From the human T2T-CHM13v2.0 reference genome, Homo sapiens: a DNA stretch of 64,000 bases. Of this stretch, positions 57,030 to 64,000 are shown piece by piece. Both the position numbers and the translations under genes were made by a program. A model generated the notes under the pieces. It worked only from the letters and a program-made list of their open reading frames with translations. It ran no database searches and was not told the origin of the DNA. Location: NCBI RefSeq assembly GCF_009914755.1, contig NC_060930.1; one strand, 5' to 3'. Each line of letters opens with the position of its first letter. Position 1 is the stretch's first letter.

Positions 57030-59159
57030 AAGAATATATTTAACACCACTGAATTGTACACTTGAGAACAGTTAACATGATACAGTTTATGATATGTATA
57101 TTTTACTATAATAAAATCTAGGAAAATAATGTATTTTTAATGGCCAAAAGAAAATTTGCTTCCTTTTTTCAGAATTAAAAGTATTTGACTATATGAGAAG
57201 TATACCACTTTATTTTTTCTTGAGAGAAATGCCAATAAAAATGGACCTCACATGGCTCCTGTTGAATATACCTCCATTTATTTAAGTTTCCACAATCAGT
57301 CTGTTTTCTGTGCGTTCATGTCTGTGTTTATGTGAGGACATGTGTTTGTGTCTACAAGCAGAAGGCTTCGAGTTGAGAAAGCAAATGGTAAGAAAAACTG
57401 CATAAAAATGAATGTGAAGAAAAAAGGTAATAACTGGTTATGAGTGACCTATGTTGAAGAGAAATTAAAATGAATTTTCTCCCTAGATTTAATAAGTAAT
57501 CATTTCCCATATAACAGTATTTGAATAAGTGATCAAACATATGTTCCATTTTATGTGTCTTTGAAAACATAAGAATTACATTTCTGCTTTGGTCAGCAGC
57601 AGAAAACAAAATAATAACTGTAATTAAAGTTATATAACCTATATATACAAAAGATAATTTGGTATAAGAACTGAGGCTTTAAATTTATTTTCAAAGCATA
57701 ATACTGGATTTTAAATAAGGTTAATTTCAATGTGTCCACACAGCCTCAAGAAAATTGTTTTCAAATAAGTAAAAATATTATATGTGGCTGTGTTTCATTA
57801 GCACTTTTTGCCACAAGGCATAATATTGAGCTAATATAAATATGAGCAACACATTTCCTTAAAGATAGGACAATTGCAGAGAAAAAAGCCTGCATTATAG
57901 ATATATAATAGTTCGCTTCAAAATAGAATTCAATGTCATTAATTTCTGTTTTCATCATATATAAAAAAATTTGTATAGTAAGGAGTGTAATTGTAATGCA
58001 TAGGAGTATACAAGACATAGAAAAGGATTTGCTATATACACATATTTTGATATTTTTTACACTATTATAAAATGGTCTGTATATGACTTGCTAACTTAGA
58101 CAAAACAGAATCTCTACTGATGGATGTCATTTCCCCCAGATTGCAGTTGATACCATATATTTATGTTTGACCAATATTCTTGAGTATACAATTAGTGCCT
58201 AGTTGTTTAGCAATCCATTACTTAATTGCCTGTAGTTTCATTTAAACGAGGTTTTTATTTTTGAATTATTGGCAGCACTCAGTACAATAAGAATCTTTTC
58301 TTTTAACCCATCTCTGTACCGTTACAAACCTTTCATTCTCTATTACACTTCCTTGAACAAGTTTAAGATCACCCTAGATCCCGCCATACTCGTTCATTTA
58401 TTCTTCAATCCAAATCAATCTTTTAATATCTCTTCCTGAATCTCAATTTACAATTGGCTTAGTTCACACTTAAATATTTTACCTAAAATGCTAGTGGAAT
58501 TTCAAATATCTAAATATTAGAAAATTAATATCAACAAATACATGTTTGTTTCAACAGTGACATAAGAACATGTTTAAACTGTACAATAATGAAAAAGCAA
58601 ATTTTCAAAATATAAGAGGTGCAGTACAAGTAGTAGTTGTAGGAAATGTTATATTTTTCTGTGCTGATTTAAATTGAAAAATTTAAAATCAAAGATACAA
58701 GCTCTGACATTAAGAAACCAAAAAAAAAAAAAAAAAACCCAACTATACCTAACATAAACAAATAGAGGATATAGTAAGATAACAATAGAAAACAATAAAA
58801 TAGAAGACAGATTAATAATATAATTTTTTTTAAATTAAAGGCTGGTTCATTTAAGAAAAGTCCAATATAACTGACCAATCAGATAAACAAGAGAGAAAAC
58901 ACAAATTTACCAAAATTAATAATAAATGATGAGCATCACTACAGATCTTCACACACATAAGGACAAGCAAATGGCAATTTGAAACAATTTTATGCAAGTA
59001 AATTCTAGTACTTAGATAAAATGAACAAATTCCATGAAAAACACAATTTATTAAACTAAACACAAGAAGAAATGAAACACCTCAAAAGACACAATCAAGA
59101 GATTATAATACCCACTCTTAGAGAAAATTTAAAAAGAAAGAAACAAAAACAAAAAAGAC

Positions 59160-59533
59160 TGTATTAATCCATTTTCATACTGCTATGAAGAAATACCCAA
59201 GACTGGGTAATTTATAAAGAAAAAGAGATTTAATGGAGTCACACTTCTACATGGCTGGGGAGGCCTCACAATCATGGCAGAAAGTGAAGGAGGAGCAGAG
59301 GCACATCTTACATGGTGGCAGGCAAGAGAGGGTGTGCAGGGGAACTGCCCTTTATAAAACCATCAGATCTTGCGGGAATTATTTACTCTCACAAGAACAG
59401 CATGGGAAAACCCACCCCCATGATTCAATAATCTCCTGCTAGGTCTCACCCAAGACACGTGGGAATTATGGGAGCTACAATTAAAGATGAGATTTGTGTG
59501 TGTGTGTTGGGGGGGAACAGAAAAACCATATTA
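59160..59533 (-). mobile_element. THE1 (C/D-like) solo LTR
   Basis: TGTATTAATCCATTTTCATACTGCTATGAAG...AAACCATATTA. Perfect 5-bp TSD AAGAC. Confidence 0.9.
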
Positions 59534-59575
59534 AAGACATTTTATAACACGTTTTAGGAGTTCGCACGAACTTGC

Positions 59576-59968
59576 TGTATTAGTTTCTTAGGGCTGCCAT
59601 AACAAAATGTCACAGACTATGTGGCTTAAACAACATAAATTTATTTTTTACAATTCTGGAAACAGAAGTACAAGATTAAGGTACCATCAGGGTTGGTTTC
59701 TTCTGAGCACTCTTTCCTTGGCTTGTAGAATGGTTGTTTTCTCCCTTTCTCTTTATACGGTTTTTGGTCTTTCCTCTGTGTGTGTCTGTGTTAATTTCCT
59801 CTTCTTATAAGGACATTAGTCATACTTGATTCGGGCCAACCCAATGACAATATTTTAAATTAATTACTGATTTAGAGACTCTATCTTTAAATACAGCCAC
59901 AATCTTAGATACTAGGGGTGTGGAATTCAACCTATGAAATTGAGGGAGACACAATTCAACCCATAATA
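59576..59968 (-). mobile_element. MLT1 (A/B-like) solo LTR
   Basis: TGTATTAGTTTCTTAGGGCTGCCATAACAAA...GACACAATTCAACCCATAATA. Confidence 0.82.
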
Positions 59969-62900
59969 CCTGTGTAAATACACCTGACAAAGATTTAACA
60001 GACAACCATATTTACATGGCAATTTTCATCAGTAATTGAGATGTCAAACTCCTGAACAGAATATTATGGAATCAAATTCTGCCATGTTAAGTTACCACGT
60101 AGTGTCCAATATGGGTTTATTCCAGTAGAGTATGTTTGTTTAGCTTTAAAAATTTTAATATAACTCATTATTACAATAAAAAGGAATTAAGCATGTATTC
60201 ATATGAATAGATATGAAAAAATATTTGATAAATCTCAACATTTATTTGAGATAAAATGTAATTGTAAACCAGAAATAGAAAGGAATTTATTTTATAAAGA
60301 CTACCAGAAACCACAGCAAAAAAACATATATAACGGGGAATTATTGAAAGTTTCTTTCTGTCTGGAATGATGAACAATGCCCATGGTCACCACTTCTACT
60401 CATATTTTATGACATTTCTATATTAGTGCGATGACAGATTAAAAATAAAACCATACAAACTAATAAAAATGTTGTAAAAAAGAAGTAAAATTTCCATTAT
60501 TTATTGACAAAATTATAACTGAAACAATCTAAAATAAAATACAGAAAAAATATTGAAAAAAGTAAGTGAATCTATCAGTCAATGAATAAAGATTACTATA
60601 CAATGATCAATTCCATTTCTATATATCTGCAATGAACATATAAGGATTTAAAAACTAATACCACTAGAAATGGAATCTAAACTCTTGAAATAGAAATAAA
60701 CTGAAAAATATAGAATGCATAAGGTTTATTTTAAAAAACCAAAATATTAACGACTAATGACAAATTAAATAAGAGATATGCCATGTTCATGTACTGAAAA
60801 AATTGATAATGAGAAATTGTCAATCTACAGGTTGATTGTAATCTCAAACTTGATTAAATATAAATAAATCAAGACAAAAGCTAGCAATCTCTGAAGTCTG
60901 AATATGTTTTAACACAAATAAATCTAATTATATATCAATGTGTTACAAACATACCCAGGGAAAAATGTATGTGAAGTGAAAAATAGTACTACAGTTTGTA
61001 CTATATTCTTATATTTTTATATGGAAAAACAGCATTATAATAAAATCTAAAGATATGTACAGTGGTTTTAATTTTTAATAGTAATATTTTTACTTCTAAA
61101 TTTTGTAGTCATGTAGTAGCACAAAGTTTTTGATTCTTATATTTTGGGGTTCTTTTGTTTTGTGTGTACACATTTAGAACAATTATATCTTTGTGGATTG
61201 ATCTTGTTATCAGTATGTATGTTCCTGTCTGCTACTGGTAATGTTCTTTGCTCTCAAGTATATTTTCTCTGATGTTAGTGTACTCAGTCACTTGTGTTTT
61301 TTTGATAAATGTTTGCATGGGGTATATTTTTCTATCTCTATTTTCAAACTACCTATTGTGTTGAAATTGAAATGAGTTGCTTATGTAGTTGAGGTGTGGG
61401 ATTTATTTTTATTATTATTTTATCTACTTTGCCTTTCCCTATGCTACACTTTGTATTGTTGTATTACAACAAATAATTGAACCATTTACTTTTAAGGTAA
61501 TTATTGATAATTATTATGTTAGGGTTTACAGTAGGGTTTAATTATCTCATTCCTCTGTTTCTCTTTTCTTGCATTCTCATGAGTCACTTGACCATCTTTC
61601 AGGGTTTCATCTTGACTTATTTTTGTGTTTAAATGCATCACCTTGTACAGTTTTAAGAGGGATTGTTCTGAGTATCACTATGTGCATATGTCACTGACTT
61701 ATCAGAGTCCACTCGTACTAACATTTTCATACTTCAAATGAAATTGGACACATTATTTCCCTTTGCCCTCTCCACTTTAAAATATTATGATCTTGAATAT
61801 CAGTTGGTGCTATACATTTCGTTTTAATCCTACATTTAATTAAGAAAACTCATGACAAGTCTGCTTATTGTATTTACCAATATTTATTCTTTTCTGTTTT
61901 TTTTTCTGTTTCTTCCTGATGCTCCATGCTTCTTTCTTGTATTATTTCCTTTCTGGTTAAAAACCATAATTTAATATTTTGTGGTAGTATGTCTGCTAGT
62001 GATATATGTTTCCTTAGAGTGAAAATGTCATTTCCCTTCATTCCTGAAGGATAATTTCAATGCATACAGAATTTGCTGTTAATAGTTCATTTTTTCAGCA
62101 CTTGAATAATGTGCCATTCCCATTTGGCCACCTGATTGTTGTTGAGAAATTGGTTGCTACTCAAATTGATGTGCCTCTGTAAGTAATGCATCATCTCTCT
62201 CTGAATGCTTTCAAATTTTGGTCCCCGTTTTGAGTTCTCAGAAGATTAATTATAATCTGTCTTGGCATGGATTTTTTTTTAGTTTATTCTCTTTGGGGTT
62301 TGTTCATTTTCTTGAACCTATAGATTTATGCCTTTTTACTAAATTGGGGAATATTTCTGCCATTGTTTCATTGAGTACTTTTTTACTCCAGTCTCTTTCT
62401 TTGCTATTTTGGGACTCCAGTTATATGAATGTTGGAATTTTTGGTAGCTGCCTAACAAATCTCTGAGACTGAGGCTGTGTTTATTTTTCTTGCAATCTGT
62501 TTTTCTCTCTATGCTCACATTGAGTAAACTCTATTGATCCAGTCTCCTGCAAACTAATTATATTCTTAGTAACTTCTACTCTACTGTTGAATGCATCCAG
62601 TAAGCTTTTAAAAGTTTTTTTGTGTTTGTTGTATTTTTAGGTTCTATGATTTGCATTTGGTTCCTTTTTACCAGTTCTATTTTTCACTGAATATAATATT
62701 AAATATTTTATTTAATTTAGTATGATTTGTTTTTGAATACTTGTTATGACAGTTACTTTAAAATTCTTGTCAGATATACACTTAGCAAAATATGTACAGG
62801 TTGTATATGCTGAAAATTACAGAATAGATGACTGAAATTAAATAAGTCTTAAGCAAATAAAGAGATATACCATTTGCATGAATCGGAAGAGTCAGCTTAA

Positions 62901-63641
62901 TAAATATTTTAATTATTCTCAAATTAATCTATAAGCTTAACAAAATTCCTATCAAAATCCCACTATGTTACTTTTGTAGACATTAAAAACAACTTGTTTT
63001 AAATTTTATATAGAAAGAAAGAAACCTCAGAATAGCTAAAACAATCTTGATAAATAGAATAAAGTAAAAGAATGACTCCATCTAACTTTAGTACTTACTT
63101 TATACCTATCGTTATAATTATAGTGCCATATTGATAGATAGACATATAGATCAATAGAGCAGAATAGATAACTCGAAAATAGACCCATATAAATATGTCT
63201 GATTGATTTTTTACAAAGGAGCAAAAGCAATTATATGAGTATGGATATCCTTTTCAATAAATGATGCTAAAATAATTGCACAGCCATAGGCAAAATAAAA
63301 TAAAACAAACCTCAATTTAAGTCTCACTTCATTCAAAAATCAACTCAGGATAGATTAGGGAATTAAATTGTCAAATAGAAAACTACAAAAATCTTAAAAA
63401 AATAGGAGAAAACCTTCTATATCAAGGACTAGGCAGAGGTTTTAGACTTGACACCAAAAACACAATCCACTACAAGAAAAATTAGTTAAGTGGACACCAT
63501 CAAAATTAAAAACTATTAGGATTAATAAGTTCTGGAGAGTATTGCACAGCATGATGACATAGTTGATAATAATGTTTTGTATGTTTGAAAATTGCTAAGA
63601 GAGTAGGTCTTAAATGTTCTCATCACATAAAACATACGTGA

Positions 63642-63931
<290 letters not shown>

Positions 63932-64000
63932 TAGATATGTTAATTAGCTTGATTTAATCACTTCGCAATGTAAACATATATCAAAACATCAGGCTATATA

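Larger units (their letters stand above)
50210..57120 (+). mobile_element. Old L1M (L1MB-like) with 5' region, ORF1, deleted ORF2 and 3' end, carrying nested elements
   Basis: ORF1-like text at 51500-52450, ORF2 fragments at 53050-53150 and 55500-56600, 3' UTR to about 57120. Confidence 0.7.

Overview
Primate, most likely human, intergenic or intronic DNA made mostly of transposable elements. I found no host protein-coding exon, RNA gene or CRISPR array. The main structure is a decayed HERV9 (ERV9) provirus at 7937-17457 (+) with both LTR12 LTRs, a GGTT target-site duplication (TSD), a tRNA-Arg primer-binding site and a polypurine tract. Its gag-pro-pol and env are broken, integrase and most of env are missing, an AluY sits in the 5' LTR, and an L1PA 3' end is inserted internally. 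A solo LTR12 (960-2150) lies about 6 kb upstream in the same orientation. Downstream there is a deeply nested stack (MLT1 > 5'-intact L1MA > THE1, Alus and a mini-L1; about 21.2-30.9 kb), a very old two-LTR ERVL-type provirus with a readable YVDD motif (about 35.2-44.2 kb), a twin-primed inverted L1PA, a complete MaLR provirus, DNA-transposon fossils and a young AluYg6-like element truncated at both ends. I could not support a new biological system here. The findings are unusual retrotransposition and repair products plus possible LTR12 regulatory activity. Subfamily names come from remembered consensus sequences and need Dfam/RepeatMasker confirmation.
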